56,305 nt of DNA from Catajapyx aquilonaris (lineage: Eukaryota). Under the pieces are notes generated by a model. The model was not told the DNA's origin. It saw only the letters and a program-made list of their open reading frames with translations, and searched no databases. Made by a program: the position numbers and the translations under genes. The stretch is taken from the NCBI GenBank assembly GCA_000934665.2, contig KZ538647.1, positions 1 through 56,305 of the forward strand. The letters run 5' to 3'. This document shows positions 38,496-50,368 of this stretch, piece after piece (the first letter of the stretch is position 1; every line of letters begins with the position of its first letter).

Positions 38496-39011
38496 CTAGC
38501 TGCGATACCCGGCGTTGCTCGGGAAGAAGCAAGCTGAAAAGGACAGGCAAAAAATACGTGTAATTAAGAATCATAATTAAAGGAAGGCCGGGTCGGAAGG
38601 ACCGGAGAGGTTGGAGGTGTAGGAGGCGGACCACAGATGGCAGGCAAATGACGGTTGGCGTTCCAGGAGTACAGACAGACCGATCGCAAACAATTCGCCT
38701 TTATTTATATAAATTAGCAGGGGAACCGTTCTTCGCACGGGCATGGGGATTGGTAATGGTAGGGTAGGAGCGCCATCTGTGGTGGGAATAAAATTGCTGC
38801 GGATGAATACCAAACTTCGCTTTTAAAAAACAATAAAAAATCATAAATTTCTGGCATTTAGATTCAAAAAAGTTCGGTCTTTTGACTTTTCCCTCAATCG
38901 GCGGCACGTAAGACATCGGTGTGCCACGTTTCAGCCTCTCAGTAGTCTGAAAGTGGGTTAGGTACCCGAGATATACAAACAAACAGATAAACTTTCTTTA
39001 TGTATATAAGA
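38496..39011 (-). mobile_element. Non-autonomous Helitron (516 bp)
   Basis: Minus strand reads A|TCTTATATACATAAAG...CCCGagcaacgcCGGG-tatcgcag-CTAG|T. Confidence 0.75.
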
Positions 39012-41074
39012 TTGTGCACCTGTGCTGTGTAAATGAAATGTGTTCTCGAAGGATGACTTAACTGCCAAATGAGCAAGTCAGCCGGAAAGTTTTGCACACT
39101 TGATCCTCCAGGACAGCAGCTGGAGTGTTTTGGAAAGCCCTCTGGAGATTTTGCACCGGGCGGATTAAAATTCTTTTATATTCCAGACAATATTATGGCA
39201 AACTCTGAAACTTTCCAACTGACATGTCTCGGATTAGTGTGCATGACACTTTGCTCAGGAGTCCGAGTCAATACAGGCTGATTAAGATGTTAGTGAATTT
39301 CACAAGTGCGCAACCACAGTTCGCGCAGAATGCACTGTTGGCATTAACAATGATCGATGATAATCTAGCTGTGTAGTGTGTGTGTACTGCGCTGTGCTTA
39401 TTTCCAACGCTACGTTTGGGCGAAAGCTACGTTTCCAAGGTGTGCAGTGTGACCAGGAAATGGGACACGAGGGTTCTTGTCTTCAATAAGCTGTGGGACC
39501 GGAAGTATGTGATTTTACTGTAACTGTGGGGACTATACTGTCCCCACAATTTCTCTTGTGGGGACATTTTGGGACACACTAGAACGTTACCGTTATAGTG
39601 GGGACATGTCCCCACAATTTCGATTTGCGGGGTTTCACACATGTCCATTTCTCTCAGCCTATGTTAGTTAGGGTAGGGCAGGTTAGGGCAGGTTAGTTTA
39701 CACTAGCTTCGAAAAGTTGAGTTTTCAATGTCCCCATAGCTTATTGAGCGCAAGCCGTGTGGGTTGCCGCGTATGTCTATTGGCTAACTTTTTCTCACCA
39801 AACTAAACTCTTTTAGATGCGATTTGAATGGCACCCCCTCCTCGTGTCCAGAAATTCATCCCAAAGTGCTTTGGTTCAGCAGTAAACCTCCGTTCCTTCT
39901 CTCTCTCTCTCTCTCTCTCTCCCTCTAAAGGCGTTGATCCCTGGACCATTTATAAAAGCGGGGGTCCCCCTTGTGTGACGGCACTTGTCACCAGGTGGGA
40001 TCAAGGGAGGTAAAAGCTGGATTAGTTACCTCACAGGGTCTGCCCCTCTCCAGCCGATCCAAACCATGGGGCTTTTGCGACCTTTTCCCGAGCCCACATT
40101 TGTTATTATTAATATTTTGTCCTCTTCTGTCACGTTTCCATTATTTGTCGGCCTGGATAAATTTGATGTCGCGGCGACCATTCGTCTCGGGAAGGGTCGG
40201 GGAAGCATGAAAAACAACACAGCTGCATCCAGACACATGTATTTTGTTCTATCCCCAGCAGCGGAACAAGGATTTATGAGGCTTTTTATTTTTCTTCTCC
40301 GGGGCGATACCACACTCTCTCTCCAGACACTTTTTGGAATCCACTGCATTTATAAGCTCATTCATAATTCGTTCTCTCTCTCCTAATCTTCCTTTCTCTT
40401 CTTTCTTTCTTTCTTTCTCTGCTGGAGGGATTTGAGTCCAGGAGGGAGACGCTAATGAGTTTTCTGTCTGGCGAAATACAGTCAAAAGCAGCGCAGCAAT
40501 TTTCTTCGTCCGGATACGACGCATTACTCTCTGAGGAAGCCACGACGCTAATATACGTTTCGCAAAGAGTTGAAAGTCATAAAAATATATTAAAATACTA
40601 CAAACAAGCGCATATGCACGTCGAACTAAATAAGTAATCAAATATGAAATTTCAGCGTTTGACGGATGACAGTTCATAAATTTTGCTAACAAAATTACAT
40701 CTGAAAACATATCGATAATAATAAACCGGTATGCTACCACATTACACGAGGGAGCAGTTTGATTCCGCAATCACATAATTACCTGCCGATAATAACGACA
40801 TGCAAATCGAAAGTAAAATATTTATAGAACGCCCTACATGTTTGCGCTGATTGCAAAATAATGTGCCAAATATTTGATACCTCGATTAAGGAAATAACAA
40901 ATTTGGCGCATATTAATTGCATTTGGCCTAAAATTACCTCGCGTTTCTAATACTCATAATTTAGGTTTCAAAAGTCAACAAATTATAAAATCGTGCCAAA
41001 CAAATAATTGCAGGCAATACAACAGGCCTTTTGTTCTTCCGTCGCATGTACGTAGCTCGGTAAATCGACGCATT

Positions 41075-41270
41075 TACCTCCGAATTAATTGCTCTGGATC
41101 AGTGGTACATTCATGAGCACTGTACCAACATTGACAATGCAGACTTGCACAATATTCGCATAGCTTTCGTGTTTGCATGGCCTTGCCAAAATTATTCAGC
41201 AAATCCTGGCTCTCCGACCATAACCCGCAGCACGTCCTCCCTCTCTGAATATTCAATCGGTGTACACACT
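41075..41270. repeat. Dispersed repeat family G (inverted copy at ~53475-53667 in a Dpr intron)
   Basis: atcagtggtacattcatgagcactgt.ccaacatt.gacaa...aaaattattcagcaaat...tgaatattcaat matches the reverse complement of ~53475-53667. Confidence 0.75.
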
Positions 41271-43957
41271 GTACATACACGGGTACAAAGTTAGGCTGCA
41301 AACCACTAAGTGCCCGACGTGTTGCATTTATTACTGGAAAATATTTTAACGTGGTTTTCGAATTAATTTTTTTTTTTCCACATATCTTTTCATGCTTCGA
41401 GCCATTTTGTGCTTGGAGCATTAGAGAGTGTGCTGGTCATTTTTTTTCTTCTTTTGGTGGCAATGCAACCGTGTCCAGTGCACCACGCCATTACCTTTTT
41501 GTGTGTGTTCCTCGCAGGAATTCCGCCTTTTGTTGGCCGCGTTCGTCGGTGCGGAATGGAACGCAAAACCTCCTTTTCTATCTTGGACACCTAACCGACC
41601 AACATTACTGCCCCACCGGGTGTGTCCTGACCCCTTGACACATAGTCAGTCTAAAATGCCGTGCATGACCTCCAAAGCAAGCGATGTTGTCCATCAGGCA
41701 ACAGATAAATGGGCCAATCACAAAGTTTCGCACACAAAATTAATGACAAATTATCCGAAAATTATTACAAGCTTGGCAGTGTGTCATCAGATTACCGCGG
41801 TTTGCGTTAGTAATCGCGCGCAAATTACATGGCGATATAACGATATGCAAATCAGGAGCAAAATGTTTATTGACTTGTTAGATTACCAGTGATTATGACG
41901 TGCTACGCTGGACTAATCTGCCGATGGTTGAGGAAGTGTCTGACTTTTTTGCGAAACTTGGGGAATATTGCTGAATTGACCATTGACAAGTCCTAGTGTG
42001 CATTTGGGAAATAACTTGCAGAATATTGGCATTGAGGTGTCTGACTTTTTGAGAAACTTTGCGAATAATTTTGCCAGAAAATATTGACAGGTTTCGTTGC
42101 ATTTGATCCGAATTTGAACAGGTGGGGAGCAGCAGTTTACATTTGCGAAATAACGTGCATAATATTGGCACATCTCCTTTCATAGTACCTGTGGGCATCT
42201 GCGCAATTAGCCTCCAGGCGCCCCTTTTCATTGGCCTAACCTGCCTCACCTGAGGTATGAATAAAATTTGCGCTAGTGTGAACAAAATGGCGAGCGCTAA
42301 TTGCCCATTGGATCTCATGAATGGTACGGACTGAACCTCCTGAACCATTGAAGCTGCGTCCCCAAAGACACGTTTATTTCACAGCGGAATTGCGCAAAAT
42401 GCAACGTGGCATGTGGGATTAGTTAACCCAACATTTGCAATACACGGTTCATCGTAGTAATGTTTCACTATATGAAACACCTTGTATTGCCTGACACGAA
42501 TCGAAACTAAATTCCAACATCGAACAAACATTTTTTGGAGGGGAAACCTAATCAGTATGAACCGGACAGGCAAATGCTTGCAAAACAATTTTTGCGGGGT
42601 GTTGGCAAAGAGGCGTCCAATTAGAGAGACAAAAATGCGCAACACCCATGATGATATGTTGACAGGAATGATTTCATTTCACTCGTATGGGTGCGGTTGC
42701 ACACACACACGTGTCTGTGGGACTGGAAAAAAAAGTTTGTTCAAAAAAGCGACACGAGTAATTGATAATGCCAATGCCAGCCGAAAATATTTTGAACATT
42801 CTGTCTATGGCCTACCATTAGGTTGATGTTATATTTTTTCCTCTTTAATTGCGCTGAAAGATGCGGCAAGTTGTGATTTTTAAACTATATAGTAGAGTGT
42901 GATGATTGCGATATTTTCAGAATAATAATACTGCATGGTGCATACTTAATCAGTTTACAGCGCAATGTTTTGTGTCGGTAGGATCATGACTCGGCTCATT
43001 GCCAGAGGCGCATCGCAATATTGCGAAAACAAAATTCTCTTCAAGCGGAACTAACTAGGCCTGGCAGAATAAACAGCCTTAAAACAACACGGCTTAAACT
43101 CCATGAACTGCACCGCCTTACAAGTGCATTCTCCCCGCAGTTTGGCGAATAATTATTACGCATTAAATTTAGTCGCTCGTATACGACGCGATTTGCAAAA
43201 CTTGATGCATCGACTTCAAAGATGAATAAAGTCAGTTTGAATATTCTGAGACAAATATCGCCTGTTCTCTCAGTGTCTGCCGGTGTTTTCTCGTGGTCCT
43301 GTTTGTAAAATCCACTCAACATTAGAGCTCCAAAAATCGCCAAAAAGTCTGGTCGGTTTTGATATGACAACAATACGCTGCAAGTTTTTTCGCGTGTCGC
43401 CGCAGTAGCCGCTGGAGCAACTTTCAATCCGCCAATGGCTTGCATGCTAATTAGATCTGCTCCCTCTCCCTCCATCCCCCCCCTAAAATAATTAATCACA
43501 CATCTCTTGAGAGGATAATTAATCTGGCCCGCTTGGCTGCACTTGACGGGGGCCTTGTCACAACTCTTGCCCTCCAGAGAACCAGAGGGGGGCTACAGAG
43601 AGAAGAGAGAGTCTTTGCCAAAACCTCCTTCTTGCCAAAATGTCTGCCACGCTCTCACCTTGCCAGGTCAACCCTTCCATTGGTCTGTCTGCTCCCAAGA
43701 TTGCACCTGAAGTTTTGCTCGTTACCACGGTAACTCATTACGCGATTCGTAAGCAAAGTTTAGGGAGGTTAAACTTTCCGGATATATGGAGCAACGTGGG
43801 GTCAAAATTAGTCGCACGTAACCCGAAGTGAGAATAATTAATGAATGACAGAAATATATAACATTTTGGAGATTTTCCGCCCACGCAGTTTCGCCCCACG
43901 GTACAATTGCGCCCCGGAATATTCGTCCCCGTAACAGTAACCCTTCTCTGTACATAA

Positions 43958-44226
43958 GTGATAGAACACCCGAATGCCTAAAAGGCGAATATTTAAAAGG
44001 GGGCGAAATTGCCACGGGGCGAATTGTCCGGGGGCGAAACTTCTGGGATGAAATAGATAAATACCGAAAAATTCGCAAATGACGCCAACGTGATAACACA
44101 CGAATGCCTAACAGGTGAATATTTAAAAGGGGCGAAATTGTCACGGGGCGAATTGTCCGGGGGCGAAACTTCGGGGACGAAATAGATAAATACCGGAAAA
44201 AATTCGCAAAATGACGCCAACGTGAT
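43958..44226. repeat. Tandem duplication of a ~132-bp unit with ggggcgaa subrepeats
   Basis: cgaatgcctaa.agg.gaatatttaaaagggggcgaaattg.cacggggcgaattgtccgggggcgaaactt...tgacgccaacgtgat occurs twice; inverted ttcgcccc motifs at ~43875-43932. Confidence 0.88.
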
Positions 44227-44560
44227 TCGAGTAGACTTTTTCTCATTGGGCAATGGGAAACGAGACTGACAAACCCGATACGATACGACACGATGCGATT
44301 CTAATTGGACAACAACGACGTTGATTGTTGTCACTCTCGCTTCCTGTTGGCAAGGAACGTAATTTAAACGGTAATGTGCCTGTAAATTGACCTTGGCGGA
44401 TATAGTGAACCAGGAAAACCGGAAGTTGACCGTGGAACCTATTTTGGTCACTTTGAATCCGAATCCGAAATCCGTTTGTCTCTATCTTTTTGTCCACAGA
44501 CGGACGGACGGACAGAGCAGTTTTATCAGACTTTTTGTCGATGCGAAAAAGTCTACAAAT
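44221..44560 (-). mobile_element. DINE-1/HINE-like Helentron, family D
   Basis: Minus-strand 5' end tttgTAGACTTTTTcgcatcgacAAAAAGTCT hairpin, then (GTCC)n, then a 3' subTIR AAAAAGTCTA; this is DINE-1 architecture. Confidence 0.7.
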
Positions 44561-45788
44561 TTGGCAAATTTTGTTGCGACGCAAACTTGATGTATGATAC
44601 AGGCCCTGCTGTAATGTGAGTATACAGCTCACTATTGGACCACTACATAGAGCTAGGTAAGCGCATTACCGCGACACGACCTATCGCATTTGATGTGGGG
44701 CCGGATTCACTTCTGGATTCTGCCCCCTTTGATGTCAAGCCGCGTTTGAGTGAACACCCGGAAAAACCTTGGTAAGCCTCCTGACATACGAGGCTTATAC
44801 TCTCCTTAAATCGCAAAAAATATATATAACTGGCAGAAAATGTTGGAAAAATATCCGTCGTTTAAAAAAAATTATGTAGGTCGGCTATACGAGAGTCAGT
44901 GTGTCACTAGGTCGCTTGGCATCGATTGGATCGCGTCCAATCTGCACACAAAAATTCCTGCAAAAAAAGGAAGTTGGAAAAGCCCAAAATGGAGGCAGAA
45001 TCCCGCGAATTCATCAGTGATGATGATAAGCGAGAGCACAGCCTTGGGAAGGGAAGATCTTGCACTATACAGGAAGCTTCGTCTGCCGAATGCAAACGAC
45101 CGATTTAGATTCAAAACTACACATTTGTATTCTGGGAAGGAGGGGGGTGTCTAACACGATCCCCCACCCAACCCGCAGCACCCACAGCTAGAGGGATAGA
45201 GACGAAGATGGCGAGAGACAAGAGAGAGTAGTTGGTGGCCAAATTTGAATTCTCAACTCATTTTCAGAGAACAAGTGTTTCCGAATGGCACGACAGGTTG
45301 GAGTCCGTTTTGTTCGCATTTATATTATAATAATATTACGCTGGCCCCTTTCATCATTTCCATCCTCCCCCTGGAGGCATGATAGATGTGACACGTGCAC
45401 ATGTAAGCATGCAGCTGGAGTAAAATTAACTGCGTCCGGACCCCTCGGAATGAATTGTTCCCCGCTCTTGTCCTTCGCCGGACACCATACCCCCAGCGAG
45501 CGACATGTGGAGCTCTTGGGACCCATTTAATTATTGTGTTCCGGTCGGAATGACCCCCAGTGACCACCATCCCACGCGCCATTTATTTCGTCGGTCCAAT
45601 CCTGGGGTAAAAACACACGGGCCGGTCTGGAACTGCGCCATTTGTCAAAAACCTCGGCTCCGTTTTTGGGGGGGCTTAAACTCTACACCTGAATCCTTCT
45701 GAATAGACCGACTCGACCGGTTCTGGACTTGTGAGGCATTCACACGAGATCCGAACCTGGATCACTTTTAAAAACCGATATGTTCTTG

Positions 45789-46061
45789 GTTTGGTTTAGT
45801 TTGGTTTATTAGGAAGAAGCCAAAGCAACTGTGGCTATCTGGCTGTAGAAGAAGCAAAGGTGGGACAGATGGAGAGAGAAACGAAGAGGAAGAAAGAAGA
45901 GAGGAAAGACTGGTATCTCTCTTAGTCTGTCTCCTATCCCAAAGACCTGTCCGGCTTGGGAGGCCCTACCAGTAGACGAAGCTACCGCCGGCATAGCTCT
46001 TGGGGTCACGGGAGAAACGCAAACCCCACCACCACGATAAGGTGGAGATACCATCGGGGGG
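45789..46061 (-). mobile_element. Full-length short non-autonomous retroposon (SIDE/SINE-like) with an HDV-like ribozyme head and LINE-like 3' tail
   Basis: TSD atatgttcttg at 45778-45788 and 46062-46072 (12 bp if the flanking g is counted); 3' stem-loop AGCCAgatAGCcacagttGCTtTGGCT, then AATAAACCAAACTAAACCAAAC tail; no RT-coding capacity. Confidence 0.82.
45911..46061 (-). ncRNA. HDV-like self-cleaving ribozyme (nested double pseudoknot, extended P4), predicted by eye
   Basis: Minus strand: P1 CCCCCC / GG(T)GGGG; P2 TGGTATCTC / GAGATACCA (9 bp, perfect); P3 ACC/GGT with L3 TTATCGT; branched P4 (TCTCC/GGAGA, CCCAA/TTGGG, CCGGC/GCCGG, GGTAG/CTACT); J4/2 ACTAA with the candidate catalytic C. 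P1 begins at the element's 5' boundary. Confidence 0.72.
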
Positions 46062-46644
46062 ATATGTTCTTGCAACTATTTCATTACGTAAAATATTGTT
46101 CAGACAGAAACGAAATGGTGGCATATCCATTGTTATTTGTTTGTTTGTTTGTTTGTGTTGCACATCCTTTTCTTTCCCTAGTGACGAAACCGAATGAAAA
46201 GTTGTGGTCAAAGTTGCGTCTTTGAAAAGATTTTTGCCCCCCATGAGACGATGACCCTTCCCTTCTCTCGAAAACTTTCTACATTACGCTTTTTTAAAAA
46301 TACCTACAAAACATCTGTAAAGAAACGTAGACAAAGTTTAGGACTTTCTTCCGCAAGATCTCTATAATCTTGGATCTATACCGAGAGGTTGTGATGCAAG
46401 TTGAATTTTTGTACAGTTTTGTATAACTTGTAGTCTATTGCGTTTGTATAATTTTTGTGCGGGTTTGTACTACTAGTAGTCTATCGTGTTTGCATAATTT
46501 TTGTATAATTTTTTTCAACTTTATATTGTTTCATTTTTTAAAATATTTCTCTAATATGTTTAATTTTTGTCTACTGAATTTCTTGTATAAATTTTGTAAC
46601 TTACATTTAAATGTATAATTTCTGTATACTTTCAAACGCATTGC

Positions 46645-47032
46645 AATAATCCCAGATGTGGGAAATGTTTCACTTCAGCTTTACCTATAAGTTAATATTC
46701 TTAATTTAATTTAATTTAATTAGTCTAACAAAGCTTTTCCTTATCGCTCGTAACAGTTACGCCTTTTTTTCTTGGAGATTTGTATAGTTTGTATATATAT
46801 ATTTTTTTTTCATTTTTGTCTAATTTTGTATAATTATCCCAATTGTCTAGTTTTTTTTATTAATTTTGTATGATTTCAAAAACATTTGAATAATCCCAGC
46901 TAATTATATGGGAAATGTTTTACTTGATGTAATGAGTCTATCACCTTCAGACTAGTGAATTTTGCTAATAGTCTGACAAAGCTTGTCCTTATCGCTCGGA
47001 GCAGTTGCGCCTTTTTTTCTGGAGGATTTGAT
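46645..47032. repeat. Degenerate tandem duplication (~245-bp period) in AT-rich sequence
   Basis: aataatcccag...tgggaaatgttt...agtct.acaaagctt.tccttatcgctcg..cagtt.cgcctttttt at ~46645 and ~46889. Confidence 0.7.
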
Positions 47033-48510
47033 CGACTTGGGCATTCAACTAACCTTACCTTTTGTATTCCCCCGAGAAGGAGGCTCCTTTCTTCCTCCTC
47101 CTCCTCCCTAGTTCCCCTCCTCCTCCTCCTCCTCCTCTTTCCTGCTCCTTGATTGGCGATTAAGCGAAGAGACGCAGGGAGCGTGTGACTCGAATGTGGA
47201 AGGGAAAGATGAGCCCCTGTTACCACCGAAGGGAGGAATTAACTCCACGGGAAATCCAATTGTGCCTCGGGGACTTATTCTCTCCCCCACCCCCCACTTT
47301 CTTCTCTGACCTAGTCACGTCAAGAGTTTAAGTGCCTGCCAAAGGCTGTCTGGGACGTCTCTCGGACGTCAAACGAGGTATGACGTTCGACGATCCGATG
47401 TGACAATTTGATGGCCGCAACCCAAAATTCAACCCGATTTCAAAAGGAAAATTTCGCAGAGTGCGGCTCGTTTCGAAAATCAATCATAATCACAAAATAT
47501 CGCTGCTCTTTGTGCGTGTTTTTGATTTAATTACAGGACGACTCTTGTCAACATCACAAAACTGTTGAGCCAGCATTTCTCTCTGCATGGTGAATATTTT
47601 TTCGAATGCCTGAGGGTAGTACAGTACCGAGGCGGGTAGTTGAACCATTTCGGATTGATTGCCAGGCCTCCACCATCCGACAGGTTCTGCCTCCCACCAA
47701 ATACCACCGCGGCCTATATATGCTAGGGTAGGCCGCAAAATATTTCGAGAACGAATGGTATGATTAACAAGAATTAATCGCAGCTTCGGTGAAGCTAATT
47801 AAAGTGCTCGGCAGTTGAAAATCACAAAATGAGCCTCTATAAATATCACGCGATTTTAAATGAAATTAATAATAACACGAGGAGTTTCAATAATTTTCAT
47901 ACGGGCAGTGAGAATATTTTCAATGAAAATAGTGTGTAATAATGATAATTATAATAATGATGACAGACCCCACAATGAGGGTTCTCTCGTTGCAAAATAT
48001 TATTTTATCTCCTTTTTTCACAGGAAGACCTAAGTGATGTGTTTGTCCAGAAGTAAGATGGCCTGTAAGCCCCCCCCCCCCCCCAAATAGTGGATGGGAA
48101 ATGGTTTGAAATGGGAGATAACTGTGCAACAATATTACAAAGAATATAATTTTATTAAGATGCAAAAAACCGCTGTATACCACACGACAACTTTTAACGA
48201 GCCGTTAACTTACCTTACAGTTCGGTGATTTTTAAAACGTGCTTTTTCACACACACTTTCCTCCTGTCGATCACATGGGTAAGAAATAGTTCATCTGGCG
48301 ATTCGGGAGAAATAATCCTAACTCAAATCGCGACACATTCGTTGACCCGCGCTTGGGGGGTCAAACCAGATGACCCCTTAGTCCAGACAGCTCCAGCTAG
48401 TCAATCTTCATTGAGGTCACTCTCCTGTCGTCATCGAACCGACGTAATCATCACCATTCCTGCTGGATGTCGCCTATATTTTAGTCTTCCGCATGCGCAT
48501 CAGGTACATA

Positions 48511-48831
48511 CAGGGTGCTAAATAATATTCAGACAAACCTCTAGAGCACCAGAGAATCACTTAAAACTTTCCGGACCCGAGACTGTCCACATACGTCGTA
48601 CCAGACGCCTCACATAGATGTCGCACCGTGATGCCACTCTCAGGGTGTGTGAGGAGTAGTGGTACTATTAGCTCGGACAAACAATATTGTTTGAATGGTA
48701 TTACCACGTTATTCTAATTTCAACTCCGATCTGATTTGTTGTGGCACCAAAGCGATGGAAGTGTCGTAGGCTGTGAAGGCCACTCGAGTGATTCTGTGGC
48801 GCTCAACGTTTGCCTGTAATTGGCCACCCTG
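48511..48831. mobile_element. Degenerate Tc1/mariner-like MITE (CAGGGTG ends) overlapping the predicted Dpr stop codon
   Basis: ta|cagggtgc...cagacaaac...gagcaccagagaatcact / agtgattctgtggcgctc...gtttgcctg...ccaccctg|tg. Confidence 0.65.
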
Positions 48832-48978
48832 TGCACATATGTAAAAGAAGCTTACACAAGCTGATGATTGGTGCGAGAGCAGTCAAGTGTGACATCCACG
48901 TGTTGAGAAGACACGCGACCAGCTGCGGGCAGGCGCGACTCATCGCGTCCTCGTGCTGCACCGCCGCTGGGAGCTCTC
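48803..48978 (-). CDS. dpr: Dpr-family gene, last identified exon ((G)ELPAAVQH plus hydrophobic tail); 3' end uncertain
   Basis: Acceptor ctgcag after a 65-bp intron, phase 1; GELPAAVQH matches the Dpr post-Ig2 GExPAAxQ motif. In-frame TGA at 48805-48803, or an alternative donor GTAAGC at 48855. Confidence 0.72.
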
Positions 48979-49043
48979 CTGCAGTGTTAGTGATCCGTGA
49001 CTATATAGACACACAGAGTACATAACTTGTAATCAGACCATAC

Positions 49044-49168
49044 CATTGAGCACATGAAGGGCTACATCGGACTTGGCCATTGTCCCAAGTCGACAAGTGT
49101 AGTTGGCCGAGTCTTCTCTCCTCGCCTCTTCCAGACGAAGGATGGCCATTGTATCATTCCCATCCACA
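49044..49168 (-). CDS. dpr: Dpr-family exon, C-terminal half of Ig2
   Basis: Acceptor ttgcag, donor GTATGG; (S)VDGNDTMAILRLEEARREDSANYTCRLGTMAKSDVALHVLN(G) with a DxxxYxC motif; phases 2 and 1 fit the neighbouring exons. Confidence 0.88.
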
Positions 49169-49217
49169 CTGCAAATTGCAACAATGCTTATTGTTATTAT
49201 TAACAAGATTAGCAAAT

Positions 49218-49933
49218 CTTGCGAGCGTGATTCGAGTAGACTTTTCTCATTGCCAAGGAAACTTAAATTGTTCAAAAACGACGTTGCCCGCCTCATTTGT
49301 TGTTGCCAAGTAACGTAAAAACTAATTTCAAAGTCATGTAGACTCGACTTTGGAAGATATACGTAACTTGAAAAACCCGAAGTTGACCATGAAACCAACT
49401 TAGGATCCTCTGAACTCGAATTCGAAACCGTTTGTCCCTATCTCGTGCGGTTTATTAGGCCCTGAGTGGGTGTCCACTGACGGACGGAAGGACAGAGCCA
49501 AGATATATACTAGTATTATGGGATTCACGAGTCCTGGCCTGTTAGGCTCCTCCGCCGTCCTCCCCCCCTCTGAAGGCGACGTTGCCACACAGCTCGGGGG
49601 CGGGAAGATTTGAATTGACACGCCTGCCAGGAGGATGGGAGCGAGCACTTGGCAGCAGTGCAGTAGGGATGGGGGGACAACCAGGCCTGGAAATACGACT
49701 AACCTTTCCCTAAACTATCCCTATCCCTAACCTATCCCTTGTTAAGACCGAACCCCGCACCAATGGCTCCTACTCGCGAGAATCACGAGCATTCCAGGCC
49801 TGATTTCTTCCGCCGGTGACGTAGGGAGGAGGTGGGTGGAGCCTAACAGGCCAGGACTCGTGAATCCCATAATAGTATATACCATGGACAGAGCCGTTCT
49901 CTAAGACTTTCTTGCAGATAAAAAAGTCTAAAA
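49218..49933 (-). mobile_element. DINE-1/HINE-like Helentron, family D, split by a nested MITE (in a Dpr intron)
   Basis: gcgagcgtgattcgagtagacttttctcattg...gaagttgaccatg...gacggacgg [insert] agactttc...aaaaaagtctaaaa. Confidence 0.65.
49499..49886. mobile_element. P-superfamily-like MITE with 8-bp TSD GACAGAGC
   Basis: gacagagc|caagatatatactagtattatgggattcacgagtcctggcctgttaggctcc ... ggagcctaacaggccaggactcgtgaatcccataatagtatataccatg|gacagagc. Confidence 0.85.
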
Positions 49934-50368
49934 CTCATTATTGCAAGCAAATTTTGACACACCCTGTATTTTAGGCTAATGAATTGCCAGCAGAGTGAGG
50001 CTTTAAAATGGTATGCTGGGAAAAGTGTGCGAATAGCTGTGAAAATGTGTCGATAATCGCCACCGATCATCACTGATTGGTCCATTTGAAGAGTAATTAC
50101 TAGAGTGGAGATTTTAACACATGACAACAACAACAACAAAAAATGTGTGCGTGTGCGGCTGTAAAATGGCAGTAATTCACAAAACCGCCCAACATAATTG
50201 AAAAGCTCTTCATATGTAAAAAGGCGTGGATTGGACATCATGTAATTTCGGTTTTGCGTGCGGGTCAACATAATTATGTTATACCAAGTATTCAGTCGCG
50301 ATTCTGATTGTTCTATCCAGCGACCAATTTAATTAGAAGCAATAGCCAGTGCCTATGGATAGTCTCAC

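Noticed and set aside
49169..49398. N-terminal part of ORF 49033..49398 with a hydrophobic stretch
   Set aside because: It lies upstream of the ttgcag acceptor at 49169 and mostly inside a family-D repeat, so it is intronic.
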